Of a DNA stretch of 64,000 nucleotides, positions 1-9,665 are shown in pieces; within the stretch, counting starts at the first letter, position 1, and each line of letters begins with the position of its first letter. The DNA comes from Sedimentisphaerales bacterium (GTDB lineage: Bacteria; Planctomycetota; Phycisphaerae; Sedimentisphaerales; SM23-30). A program made the position numbers and the translations under genes. The notes under the pieces are model-generated. The model searched no databases. It was not told where the DNA came from and was given only the letters and a program-made list of their open reading frames with translations. The stretch lies in assembly GCA_963666285.1 (NCBI GenBank), contig OY762711.1, one strand, 5' to 3'.

Positions 1-677
1 AACCAGTTGCAGACTTGGTCTTTTATCCAATTAAAATCACTTTGTTGTTTTGTAGTGTCAAAGGGAGCAGATATTAGATCAAGAAGCCATTTGGAATCAA
101 CTTTGGTATCTTTGCAGCCATCTTTGTTTAATGGAACAGCGACAGCAGGGACCGCTGCGTTATTGATATGTTCAAATACTTTGTCAAGAGCTTCAAAACA
201 GCTGACGCCGATAATGCCCCGGATTTGCCCGGTTTTAATAAGCTCGGCAACGACCGGAGAGCCTTCCGCGATAAGGACGATATATCCAAGTGCTTTAGCT
301 TTCTCTTCAATATTTAAGATGTCGCAACTGCCGCATTTTTTGCATACAAGGCCAAACTGGTCGTTGTATCCCTGGCACTTATCAGATGAAGCCAGGCAGT
401 TTGGCAAGAGCAGCAGTCTTTTATCATACGGAACACCTTGCAGCCAAGGCATCCATAGGTGGTTGCTTATCAGAACCATTATTAAGGCAATATAACCATC
501 ATCGAGGTTGTGAAGTGAGATAAACTCTTTTGCCAGTTTATATAATGTGTCAAATTCAACAGGCGGTACAGGTAATGTACTGCTGTTGGAATTAAGCCAA
601 GCATTTAAAATATCAGATATCTCATTTCTGGTATCTGAATCCAGCGGCATTATATATTGTAATTCAGGTTTATACAC
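1..677 (-). CDS. DUF116-domain protein, N-terminal part (runs off the left edge); probably a DUF116-polyprenyl synthetase fusion
   Basis: Manual translation of the minus strand (not in the ORF track): GTG at 677 or ATG at 650, open to base 1. Contains VPYDKRLLLLPNCL..KC....FGLVCKKCGSCDI...AKALGYIVLIAEGSPVV...GIIGVSC...AVPLNKDGCKDT, the Cys-rich DUF116 pattern. The fusion is inferred from family knowledge. Confidence 0.8.
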   Translation of the reverse strand, partial: MYKPELQYIMPLDSDTRNEISDILNAWLNSNSSTLPVPPVEFDTLYKLAKEFISLHNLDDGYIALIMVLISNHLWMPWLQGVPYDKRLLLLPNCLASSDKCQGYNDQFGLVCKKCGSCDILNIEEKAKALGYIVLIAEGSPVVAELIKTGQIRGIIGVSCFEALDKVFEHINNAAVPAVAVPLNKDGCKDTKVDSKWLLDLISAPFDTTKQQSDFNWIKDQVCNW

Positions 678-820
678 TTAATATTCTAGGCCTTTTTATC
701 AATTATGCAAAAAAATGAGGATGACTGGTAAAATTACCTGCCATCCTCGGATTATAGCATTTTTTTATAGTATTTTAAATACTATAACTTAATTTGTGTT
801 AGTTAAAAAGAACTATGACA

Positions 821-2026
821 TTATGATTTTATCAGTGGCTTAACAATTCTATAAGTTTCCTGAGCAATAACAAGTTCTTCATTAGTAGGTATCATAAATA
901 CCTGAACTTTTGAGCTGTTAGTTGAAATTACGGTTTCATTATTGGTGTTTTTTTCTTCATCCAGTTCAATTCCAAGGTAACTCAGCCCGTTAATAATTTC
1001 TTCTCTAACCAGGCGGTCGTTTTCGCCAACACCGGCAGTAAAGACAATTGCGTCCACACCATTCAACGCGGCAACATATGCACCAATATATTTGAGTATT
1101 CTATAGTTAAATGCATCAATGGCATTTTTAGCATCCTGATCGCCGTCAGCGGCAAGGCTATGTACGTCTCTCAAGTCAGAGGCTCCACATAAGCCTAACA
1201 TGCCACTTTTTTTATTCAAAAGGTCATTGACCTGCTTGGTGTCAAGATTTAGTTTGTCCATTATGTAAAGAAGTACGGCCGGGTCCATATCACCGCAGCG
1301 AGTTCCCATGATTATACCTTCCAGCGGGGTCATGCCCATGGATGTATCAATTACTTTTCCATTTAAAAAGGCAGTAATCGAACCACCGTTGCCGACATGG
1401 CAGGTGATTATCTTGCATTCATTGAATGGTTTGCCAAGTTGTTTGGCTGCTTTTTTAGCGACATAGCCATGACTTGTGCCATGGAAGCCGTATTTACGTA
1501 CGCCATATTTTTTATACAGTTCTAAAGGGACCGCGTACATATATGCTTTAGGCGGCATTGTCTGGTGTACAGCAGTGTCAAAGACCGCAACATTTGGAAT
1601 GTCGCCAAGGCTTTTCAGACATGCTTCAATACCAATTACATTTGGCGGATTGTGCAGCGGGGCCAGGTCATATCTATCTTTGATTGCCTTAATCACATCT
1701 TCTGTTATCAAACTGGAGTCAGTAAATGCTTCACCGCCATGGACCACTCTATGGCCGACACCTTGAACTTCGTTTATGTTGTCAACAACGCCGTGTTCAA
1801 GGTGAGTTAGTGCGTTTTCAATAACTTTCATAGCTTCAGAATGGTCGGGAATGTCTTTTCTGAAGTTAACAGTTTCTTTGCCTACAGGACTGTGAGTAAT
1901 GTTTGAACCTTCCAGGCCTATTTTTTCGACAAGGCCTTTGGCAACCAGGTTAAACTCATCACCCTCAATATCAAACATCTGGTATTTGATACTGCTGGAT
2001 CCACAGTTGATAACAAGTGTTTTCAT
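821..2026 (-). CDS. ackA: acetate kinase
   Basis: VINCGSSSIKY, GHRVVHGG, APLHNP, VAVFDTA, YGFHGTSH, DTSMGMTPLEG, FTAGVGEN and PTNEEL motifs. Confidence 0.97.
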   Translation of the reverse strand: MKTLVINCGSSSIKYQMFDIEGDEFNLVAKGLVEKIGLEGSNITHSPVGKETVNFRKDIPDHSEAMKVIENALTHLEHGVVDNINEVQGVGHRVVHGGEAFTDSSLITEDVIKAIKDRYDLAPLHNPPNVIGIEACLKSLGDIPNVAVFDTAVHQTMPPKAYMYAVPLELYKKYGVRKYGFHGTSHGYVAKKAAKQLGKPFNECKIITCHVGNGGSITAFLNGKVIDTSMGMTPLEGIIMGTRCGDMDPAVLLYIMDKLNLDTKQVNDLLNKKSGMLGLCGASDLRDVHSLAADGDQDAKNAIDAFNYRILKYIGAYVAALNGVDAIVFTAGVGENDRLVREEIINGLSYLGIELDEEKNTNNETVISTNSSKVQVFMIPTNEELVIAQETYRIVKPLIKS

Positions 2027-2100
2027 TTTCTATATTCCTTAAAGTGTCAATCAGTTATATTTTACCGTTTTGGTGTAATAATGAAAAAGTTTCAGTTTAA

Positions 2101-2127
2101 ATATCGGCAGGTTATGTGCGGTGCTTA
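2101..2127 (-). promoter_or_regulatory. sigma28/FliA-like promoter upstream of ackA
   Basis: Minus strand TAAG-N15-GCCGATAT, close to the TAAA-N15-GCCGATA(A/T) consensus, 75 nt before the ackA start. Confidence 0.5.
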
Positions 2128-2176
2128 ATTTATGGCGGGCAAACCGAATAATTATCGGTCACTAGGCGGCAGTAAT

Positions 2177-2209
2177 AAAAAAAGGCAAGTTCGTAGTGAA
2201 CTTGCCTTT
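2177..2209 (-). terminator. intrinsic terminator of pta
   Basis: AAAGGCAAGTTC-5 nt-GAACTTGCCTTT perfect stem with a T-run on the minus strand, 7 nt after the pta stop. Confidence 0.85.
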
Positions 2210-2216
2210 GGTTGTT

Positions 2217-3212
2217 TTACATACCTTGAATAGCTGTTATAGCGATTGTGGCTACAATGTCTTCTGCGGTACAGCCGCGTGATAGATCATTTACCGGTTT
2301 GGCTACACCCTGAAGTATCGGACCATAAGCACTAAAGCCTCCCAGGCGTTGTGTTACTTTATAGCAAATATTTCCAGCCCCCAGGTCTGGGAATATGAAT
2401 ACATTTGCATGGCCGCCAAGTGGGCTGCCGGGAGCTTTTGAAGAAGCAACACTAGGAACAAAAGCGGCATCAAACTGAAGTTCGCCATCAATGGCGTATT
2501 CAGAGCCAAGTTTGCTTTCAAGTTTTTCCTTCGCCAGTTCTGTAGCTTTAACGACTTTGGCTTGTCCTTCACCTTCGGCTGAACCTTTAGTTGAATAACT
2601 CAGCATGGCGACCTTGGGTGAAAAACCAAAGGATTTTGCTGTTTTTGCTGTTGCAAAAGCAATGTCTGCCAATTGTTCTGCATTAGGATCAATATTCAGG
2701 CCGCAATCAGAAAATAGGTAGGTCTCTTCGCCGCGGCACATAAAGAATAAGCTTGAAATAGTTTTTACGCCTTCCGCCGCTTTAATTATCTGTAAGGCAG
2801 GGCGGATAGTATCAGAAGATGAATGGATAGCACCGGCAACCAGCCCGTCGGCTTCATCCTGTTTTAGCATCATCATGCCGAAGTACATTTCGTCTTTGCA
2901 TATTTCCAAAGCTTTTTCGGGAGTCATTCCTTTAGCTTTACGGAGTTCGTAGAAACTATTGGCATATTCTTCCAGTTTCTCGGACTTCGCCGGTGCGATG
3001 ATGGCAAAGTCTTCTGGGTTAGCACCGGCAGCTTTCAAATCGCTGCTGATTTTGTCAATGTCACCAAGGATCGAAATTTTTGCAATCTTAGTTTCAATTG
3101 CAACTTTTGCAGCTTCGATCATTCTGGGGTCTGAACCTTCAGGCAGGACAATGTGTTTCACATTGGATGCGGCTTTTTCGAGAATCATGCTTCTAAATTT
3201 TTCGGTTGACAT
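2217..3212 (-). CDS. pta: phosphate acetyltransferase
   Basis: IVLPEG, AMLSYSTKGS, IDGELQFDAA, NVFIFPDL and GPILQG..KPVNDLSRGC motifs. Start moved to ATG 3212 (GAGAGG RBS); the track gives 3263. Confidence 0.95.
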   Translation of the reverse strand: MSTEKFRSMILEKAASNVKHIVLPEGSDPRMIEAAKVAIETKIAKISILGDIDKISSDLKAAGANPEDFAIIAPAKSEKLEEYANSFYELRKAKGMTPEKALEICKDEMYFGMMMLKQDEADGLVAGAIHSSSDTIRPALQIIKAAEGVKTISSLFFMCRGEETYLFSDCGLNIDPNAEQLADIAFATAKTAKSFGFSPKVAMLSYSTKGSAEGEGQAKVVKATELAKEKLESKLGSEYAIDGELQFDAAFVPSVASSKAPGSPLGGHANVFIFPDLGAGNICYKVTQRLGGFSAYGPILQGVAKPVNDLSRGCTAEDIVATIAITAIQGM

Positions 3213-3761
3213 TATGTCCTCTCTCAGGGTAAGTGGTAATGCATTTATCTTATTGTTATCCAATAAGTTGTATTATGTATAAATATTTTTATAAGCATTG
3301 TAAATGCTGTATCATTTTAATGAAACCACATAAGTTCTTTTGAAACATTGTTCCTGGTTTGCTGTGCTAAGAACTTAAGTAATACCCCCTTAGAAAATAA
3401 TTATCTATAAATACAAATAGCTGTCAAGGTTTATTAGATAGCATTTTAAAGTAAGCTTAAAATTTATGTAAGGAGTTTATTTATAGATGATTATGGTGAT
3501 TATTTGTTTTCATATTATTGCATTTGTTTTAGAGTTAACTGCTAAATCATAAGTTCTGAAAACTCAAGTATATCTAAAAAATAAATATCTAATAACGAGA
3601 TTGTGCAGAATGAAAGTTTTGTTGATGTTTTTGACTTAATGGACTATTATTACTTAACTTAATAAGCTATTTATAATTATATGTAAGAAATATAATTTAT
3701 AAGATACAAAATAAATAATACTAGTCAATTTAATCAAGATTAGATGTAAACTGAAAATATT

Positions 3762-4580
3762 TTGAAAACAAAACATATAAATTACTGCGATTTAGAAGGC
3801 AAGTCGAAACAAAATAAATGCCAGGTCAGATATCCACATTATTTGAATTTTTTGGGATGGTTTGGTTGTTTTAAGAAGTACGATTGCTCTGAGGTGGTAT
3901 TGCCATGTTCTAGCAGGAGTGTATTTCCAGCTATGGCGGCAAAGCTGGCTGGTAAAAAGACTGTGGTACTGGTTTCGACAAACTTTGAAATATCTCATGT
4001 TTCCAAATTGTTACTGCAAGTAGCAGATGAGGTTAGAACATATTCTGCATCTCTGGAGGATGCCTGTCGATCAAGGAAAGCGGCAAACAACAAGATTGTA
4101 GATGTAAGTGGGGCGGTTCAGAGCGAGTTTCAACAGGGAATATCGTTAGTCTATTCAGAAAACAAGTCAGTATTGGCGATTTGTGGAGAGAATAATATAA
4201 ACGGGCTTTTTGATATTTTCAGGATATGTGCGTTGGTGTACAGGGTTATACCTGATATGAAGTTAGGTATTATTACGCATTTGGAAGCAGTTAAAAAGCA
4301 GGTGAGTCAATGGCAGGCAGATTATGGAACACCAGATATGTGCTTTTTCATTGAAAAAATTACAAATTCAACTGATAATGAGTGCTGTATTCATGCAGCA
4401 TTGTCCGGCCCTGGGGTAGTAGATTCCCCTGTGTTATTTGATCTTGCCAGAAAAGCTAATGTTAATGTAATAGCTGATAAGAGATCAGCAAGTGATTTTC
4501 CTGGCAGTGAAGATAGTTTTTGGGTAGATGGAACCCGCATAAGGCAGTATGCCTCTGCGTTACTAAAGATATTAAAATAA
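3762..4580 (+). CDS. hypothetical protein
   Basis: 272-aa ORF ending 3 nt before the next gene; no motif recognised; start uncertain. Confidence 0.6.
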   Translation: MKTKHINYCDLEGKSKQNKCQVRYPHYLNFLGWFGCFKKYDCSEVVLPCSSRSVFPAMAAKLAGKKTVVLVSTNFEISHVSKLLLQVADEVRTYSASLEDACRSRKAANNKIVDVSGAVQSEFQQGISLVYSENKSVLAICGENNINGLFDIFRICALVYRVIPDMKLGIITHLEAVKKQVSQWQADYGTPDMCFFIEKITNSTDNECCIHAALSGPGVVDSPVLFDLARKANVNVIADKRSASDFPGSEDSFWVDGTRIRQYASALLKILK

Positions 4581-4583
4581 GAT

Positions 4584-5210
4584 ATGGAAAAGAATAAAAA
4601 GAGTAAATTCATATTTGTGCAGGCGTTGACCTGGGGGCGTATGCCGCTGATTCTTCTGACTTTGATTATTGTAGTTGCGATGAGCGAGAAGAAGACCCAG
4701 ATGGATACGGCCTGGTTTATTATAGCCTTTGCATCGATGGTGCTGAGTGCGGTGACGGACTTGTTTGATGGTTATTTTGCCCGTAAGTTTGAGGTTGTAA
4801 CGCGTATTGGTGGTTACCTGGATCCGTTGACGGATAAGGTATTTTATCTAACTGCTTTTCCCATGTTGGTTTATCTTGCAGGTTTGAAAGATGACAATTT
4901 TCACGCCAGGCTGCTGCTAGGGCTGGCGATATTGTTTCTGTTGAGAGATCAGTGGGTATCATTTTTGCGCTCGGTAGGAGCGTTATACGATGTAGATGCG
5001 AAGGCGAACTGGTCCGGTAAGGCCAGAACGCTAATATCGTTTCCAGTGATATGTATTGTGTTTTATTACCTGGAAGCTCCGACCAACTGGATGCACTTGC
5101 CAAAGTGGTTTGTGTATACTTCTGAGGCTGCTGGAATGACAATAAATACAATATCTATCTGGGTTTACACGGCGTATTACTGGCCGTGGATAAAGAAAGA
5201 GATGTCTTAG
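4584..5210 (+). CDS. CDP-alcohol phosphatidyltransferase family (PgsA-like)
   Basis: TDLFDGYFARK...TRIGGYLDPLTDK signature; hydrophobic segments. Confidence 0.92.
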   Translation: MEKNKKSKFIFVQALTWGRMPLILLTLIIVVAMSEKKTQMDTAWFIIAFASMVLSAVTDLFDGYFARKFEVVTRIGGYLDPLTDKVFYLTAFPMLVYLAGLKDDNFHARLLLGLAILFLLRDQWVSFLRSVGALYDVDAKANWSGKARTLISFPVICIVFYYLEAPTNWMHLPKWFVYTSEAAGMTINTISIWVYTAYYWPWIKKEMS

Positions 5211-5319
5211 CTCATACTGACTGGTGGTAATTTTTGAGAGGTATTAAGTAATCAAAAAAAGTGCTTACTTATCTTACCTTGTTCTAAAAGCTTAGTATTG
5301 TGAACTTTACAGAGGGATG

Positions 5320-6813
5320 TTATATCGTATCGGTTGGTATTATCTTTGTGGCGTCTGCTAAGGTAAGGTTTGCCAGGTTCTTTTGGGTGATATCGCAAAT
5401 CTGCTGAAGTTCTTTTTTAAGATTCTGGTCTTTAAGTTCCTTGTATATCACAGTGTTTTCCGGGTTAAGTCCGGTTACGTCAAGTAGTTGTATCGATTCC
5501 AGCGGGCGGGCAGGCAGCCATGAAGTGTAAGGTGACATTTCGTCTTCAACCGGGCATATGACTTTTCGTTCGACGAGCCTGTCGATTAGAGACTGGATAC
5601 AGTCGTCAGGGAGGTTGAGGTTGTCCCTGAGCTGTTTGAACGATACAGGGCCTTCTCCGCGTGAAAACGGGCCGCAGATGGCCATAGTTGCAGCGAGGGT
5701 GTCGAGCGGCCCCAGGTTGATGGCTGCGGCCATTTCAGAGGATTCCATAACAGAGAGATTGGCGCTGGTATGGGCGATTACGGCACCATAGAGGAATATG
5801 GTCCAAGAGATATTGATCCATAGCAGGAATATAGGTATCAGGCCGAGGTTACCATATATGTTGTTGGGGCCAACGCACTTATGTACATAGAAGCCAAAGA
5901 AGAATTTGAGCAGGAACCATACAGGTACTACCAGAGTTGCGCCAAAAAGAGCCCATCTGAACTTTGTGCGGGTGTTGGGCATAAGGCGGTAAACAAGAGA
6001 GACCATAATTATGCCGCCGATGATGGGGCTGATAGTGCCCATGCTGCCGATGAATATGCCGAAAGCCTTAGTTGATTCGAGGTATTTCTGGGTGTTTTGG
6101 GCGATATACAAAGCACCGGTAGCGACGATTGGCAGTAATGTAACTACAGACCAGTAAAGCATTAAGCGTTTACCATAAGAGCGATTCCGTCGTGCCTCGA
6201 ATATGCGGTTGAGTGCTTTTTCGATGTCGGTCAGCATTGATAATGCCGAGAAGATCATAACAATAACGCCGATGACGCCGACGGCGCTGGCGGTAAGCTT
6301 GCCTTGTACGTTATCGACGAGTTTTTCGATCTCATCTGCGACGTTGTACTGGCGGTCGTATTTGGTTTTGCCGGCAGGTTCGGCAGCAGGTTCAGAGGAG
6401 CTGTTATCAGTAGATTCTGCTTCGTAAGTGTTTTTATTATCGGAGTTTGTTTCTGGTTTGACTGTTGGGTTTTCTGAGTTGTCAGTTTGAGTGTCAGTGC
6501 CGCTGGTGACCTTGATCTGGCCGATGCCGGCGTTGTCTAGGAACTGGCGGAGAGAATGTTTCCCTTCATCGACAGTGCCCATAGCGCTCATGATGAGAAG
6601 GCTAAGGACCAGCAGCGGGATCATAGCGAAGATAGTACGGAAGCTTAGCGAAGCACTCATAGCCATAGCGTTGAGGTCGTGCAGCCGTTTGAGGCTGAAC
6701 CTTGCGAGCTGGATCTGGAATTTGAGAAATCTTACCCCTCGGTTGAGCTCCTGGCCGGGAGATGAAGTGATCTTTTCGATCCATTCTTTTGTTTTAACTA
6801 TTTGTTTTAACAT
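5320..6813 (-). CDS. YihY/BrkB-family inner membrane protein with C-terminal winged-helix-like extension
   Basis: ASLSFRTIFAMIP, IEKALNRIF, YRLMPN and YGNLGLIPIFLLWINISWTIFLYGA motifs. Confidence 0.9.
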   Translation of the reverse strand: MLKQIVKTKEWIEKITSSPGQELNRGVRFLKFQIQLARFSLKRLHDLNAMAMSASLSFRTIFAMIPLLVLSLLIMSAMGTVDEGKHSLRQFLDNAGIGQIKVTSGTDTQTDNSENPTVKPETNSDNKNTYEAESTDNSSSEPAAEPAGKTKYDRQYNVADEIEKLVDNVQGKLTASAVGVIGVIVMIFSALSMLTDIEKALNRIFEARRNRSYGKRLMLYWSVVTLLPIVATGALYIAQNTQKYLESTKAFGIFIGSMGTISPIIGGIIMVSLVYRLMPNTRTKFRWALFGATLVVPVWFLLKFFFGFYVHKCVGPNNIYGNLGLIPIFLLWINISWTIFLYGAVIAHTSANLSVMESSEMAAAINLGPLDTLAATMAICGPFSRGEGPVSFKQLRDNLNLPDDCIQSLIDRLVERKVICPVEDEMSPYTSWLPARPLESIQLLDVTGLNPENTVIYKELKDQNLKKELQQICDITQKNLANLTLADATKIIPTDTI

Positions 6814-7056
6814 AGTTTATGTTCGCTATGGTTTTTTATTGTCATATTTAAGTATAGTATCATTTTCGGAAAAAATTGGCATTGAAATTAGTGTATTCGC
6901 ATAAATATATATTAAATATAATGTTATAGCATGCAAGAAAAAAGAAATTGTAAGACTCGTTTAATAATACAGGTAAATATATGTTGTTAAAGGTGTTATA
7001 GTTGATATAATTGAAATAATCATTAAAACTTAGAGATCTTTTTTGAGGGCGCGATT

Positions 7057-8538
7057 ATGGATAATCTGATAGAGCAGCTGGGTAAGGAGATAATCGGCGG
7101 GGCTGTGCCTGACAGGAGTGTGTTGAGTGGAAAAGTAACGGATGACAGCCGAGAGGTCGCGGCGGGCGATATCTTTGTAGCGGTGAAGGGGCCGGAAGTG
7201 GACGGTCACCGCTTCGCGGGGGCGGCAAAGGCTAAAGGCGCGGCGCTGGTTCTAGTGGAGAACGGGATAGGCGCGGAGGCAGCGCGGACGGTCGGCGAAG
7301 CGGCTCGTTATGTAGCGAATAGCAGCGAAACACTAGGCAGGTTGGCCCAGACAGTGAACGGTTGGCCGTCAAAAAAGCTGAAGTTATATGGCGTAACGGG
7401 GACAAATGGTAAGACCACAGTAGCGACTATGGTGAAATGGATTTTAGAATATAACGGAGTTCGCTGCGGGTTTGTCGGTACGGTTGGTTATGATGTTGGG
7501 GGCGGGCTGGTTGAGCTGGCGAATACGACGCCCGGCAGTGTGCAGCTTGGGAGGTTGATGGGTGAGATGGTGAGTAATGGTATGCAGGCGATGGTGATGG
7601 AATGTTCGAGTCACGGACTGCATCAGAAGCGGACAGCAGGGCTGGCGTTTACAGCTGCTGCGTTTACTAATCTGAGCGGTGATCATCTGGACTATCATGG
7701 CGATATGGAAAGCTATCGTGATTGTAAGGCGATGCTGTTTGATCATCTGGTGGACAATGGTGTGGCGGTAATTAATAATGATGATGGTCATGCTTATCAT
7801 ATGATAAAGGTATGTGGCGATCGTGAGGTTTTGACTTTTGGGCTGGAGCGGAATGATGCCGACCTGGAGGCTCATATAAAAGAGATGGATATGAAGGGTA
7901 CCGTGCTGGAGTTGAGCTACCTGGGGCAGAAGTATAAGGTTCGCATGCCTATAGTTGCGAGGCATAATGTCAGTAATTTTCTGGCGGCGGCTGGTATGGC
8001 GTTGGGCGGCGGTATGAATATGAAGGCGATCTTGAAGGCGATGAAGGAGTTTCCGGGTGTGCCGGGGAGGTTGAGTGCGGTAGAGTGTGGTCAGGATTTT
8101 GGAGTGTTTGTCGATTATGCTCATACTGATGATGCCTTGGAGCGGGTGTTGGCGACAGTAAAGGAGCTGGCGGCGGGGCGGGTGATAGTGGTATTTGGCT
8201 GCGGTGGTGACCGGGACCGGACGAAGCGTCCTCGTATGGCAAAGGCGGCGCAGAAGTATGCGGATGTGATATTTGTGACTAATGATAACCCGCGGACGGA
8301 GGATCCTCAGCAGATAATAGGCGATTGTATTGCCGGGTTTGACAGCGGGGTGGAGTATAGTATATTGCCGGACCGGGCGGAGGCGATACATGCCGCGATA
8401 AGTGCGGCGGGTACGGGTGATGTAGTTCTAATTGCGGGGAAAGGGCATGAGAATTATCAAATAATTGGGACTGAGAGGAGGCATTTTTCAGATTTTGAGA
8501 CGGCGGGGAAATTTTTGAAAAATAGGCATAAGGGATAA
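7057..8538 (+). CDS. murE: UDP-N-acetylmuramoyl-L-alanyl-D-glutamate--2,6-diaminopimelate ligase
   Basis: GVTGTNGKTT, MECSSHGL, FTNLSGDHLDYH, VDYAHT, FGCGGDRD, DNPR (meso-DAP type) and AGKGHE. Confidence 0.96.
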   Translation: MDNLIEQLGKEIIGGAVPDRSVLSGKVTDDSREVAAGDIFVAVKGPEVDGHRFAGAAKAKGAALVLVENGIGAEAARTVGEAARYVANSSETLGRLAQTVNGWPSKKLKLYGVTGTNGKTTVATMVKWILEYNGVRCGFVGTVGYDVGGGLVELANTTPGSVQLGRLMGEMVSNGMQAMVMECSSHGLHQKRTAGLAFTAAAFTNLSGDHLDYHGDMESYRDCKAMLFDHLVDNGVAVINNDDGHAYHMIKVCGDREVLTFGLERNDADLEAHIKEMDMKGTVLELSYLGQKYKVRMPIVARHNVSNFLAAAGMALGGGMNMKAILKAMKEFPGVPGRLSAVECGQDFGVFVDYAHTDDALERVLATVKELAAGRVIVVFGCGGDRDRTKRPRMAKAAQKYADVIFVTNDNPRTEDPQQIIGDCIAGFDSGVEYSILPDRAEAIHAAISAAGTGDVVLIAGKGHENYQIIGTERRHFSDFETAGKFLKNRHKG

Positions 8539-8560
8539 GGCATAGGGCATGAGGGGAGGA
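8525..8560 (+). repeat. heptamer run GGCATAA-GGGATAA-GGCATAG-GGCATGA overlapping the murE stop
   Basis: Read directly from the sequence. Confidence 0.75.
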
Positions 8561-8679
8561 AAACACGCAAAGGGGCAAACTTTTTTACTCGCCTGCGGCG
8601 AAGAATATGGTTTACCATGAAAGACACAAAAAAGCGAAAAAGATTGAACCATAGATTGTCGCGGATGAACACTGATTTT

Positions 8680-8825
8680 TTATAGGTTTTGAAGGTATTT
8701 GGTATTAGGTGTTAGGGAAGGAAACGCCGCGGTCCTTCGATGAACTCAGGGTAGGCGGCGAGCAGAGAAATTAAGAATTAACAATTAACAAAAAAACTGG
8801 TAATATTCAACCATGGAAGGGGTGG
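8680..8825 (+). repeat. ~145-bp intergenic direct repeat, copy 1 (GGTATTA heptamers + GGGAAGG + hairpin with REP-like insert + AATTAAC heptamers)
   Basis: Near-identical to 9437-9581; partial copy at 12202-12304. Confidence 0.9.
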
Positions 8826-8894
8826 AATGAACGGAAAAATGTGTTGGATTACAGATAAACTTAGATGGACTGATTAGATTTTAAAAGGGAAGAT

Positions 8895-9398
8895 ATGAAA
8901 TATTTGGTAAAGTATAGCTATGTGACAGATGTTGCAGTTAAAGATTGGGTTGCCAAGACGCAGGCGTACTGGCAAAGGCAGGAATTTAAGTGCGAGGAGG
9001 TTAATGAAGGTGAGGTTGTCAAGGTTACAGGTTCAAGAGGTTCGATGGCGGGCAACTTTGGTTCGTTTGACATGAAAAAGCTGATATGTGGACTGGAAGT
9101 ATGCCGCAGTAGTGATGGTAAGGTTGAGGTAAGCCTATTGGTAAACGGAATTCTTCAGGATATAACAGATATCAATCTTTGGGATTTTAAGCTTGAGTTA
9201 ATTTTATACGAACGTTATGTAAATGATGTGGCAGAGCCTGTTTTTATGAGAGAATATATTGCGGCACGTAATAGAGGGTCAATATTATGGTCGATATCAT
9301 TATTTATATTAGGCAGGAGGCTGTCTAAGAAAATGAGAACACGGCTAGAAGAGTTGTGTGGCGATAATGAATTGCCGACTGTTGAAAGAAGAAGATGA
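8895..9398 (+). CDS. hypothetical protein flanked by direct repeats
   Basis: 167-aa ORF with AAGGGAAG RBS; no family recognised. Confidence 0.75.
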   Translation: MKYLVKYSYVTDVAVKDWVAKTQAYWQRQEFKCEEVNEGEVVKVTGSRGSMAGNFGSFDMKKLICGLEVCRSSDGKVEVSLLVNGILQDITDINLWDFKLELILYERYVNDVAEPVFMREYIAARNRGSILWSISLFILGRRLSKKMRTRLEELCGDNELPTVERRR

Positions 9399-9436
9399 AG
9401 GATGAATCTTTTGAATTGCAGATGGACGCGGATTTA

Positions 9437-9581
9437 TTATAGGTTTTAAGTATTTGGTATTAGGTGTTAGGGAAGGAAACGCCGCGGTCCTTCGATGAAC
9501 TCAGGGCAGGCGGAGAGCAAAGAAATTAAGAATTAACAATTAAGAACAAAACTGGATGATATTCAACCATGGAAGGGGTGG
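9437..9581 (+). repeat. ~145-bp intergenic direct repeat, copy 2
   Basis: Matches 8680-8825 (TATTTGGTATTAGGTGTTAGGGAAGGAAACGCCGCGGTCCTTCGATGAACTCAGGG...ATATTCAACCATGGAAGGGGTGG). Confidence 0.9.
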
Positions 9582-9665
9582 GAAAATAGTAAAGTGTAAA
9601 TTTAAAGGGTAAATATAAAAAGAGATGCCACGCGAACTAAGTTTGGTTATATTCTATTAAGAGTT

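Noticed and set aside
7..495. 162-aa plus-strand ORF
   Set aside because: Antisense shadow of the minus-strand DUF116 gene
7444..8391. 315-aa minus-strand ORF and similar His/Pro/Ile-rich antisense ORFs, including all minus ORFs in 59435-63791
   Set aside because: Shadows of murE, the macroglobulin and other G-rich plus-strand genes; no protein motifs
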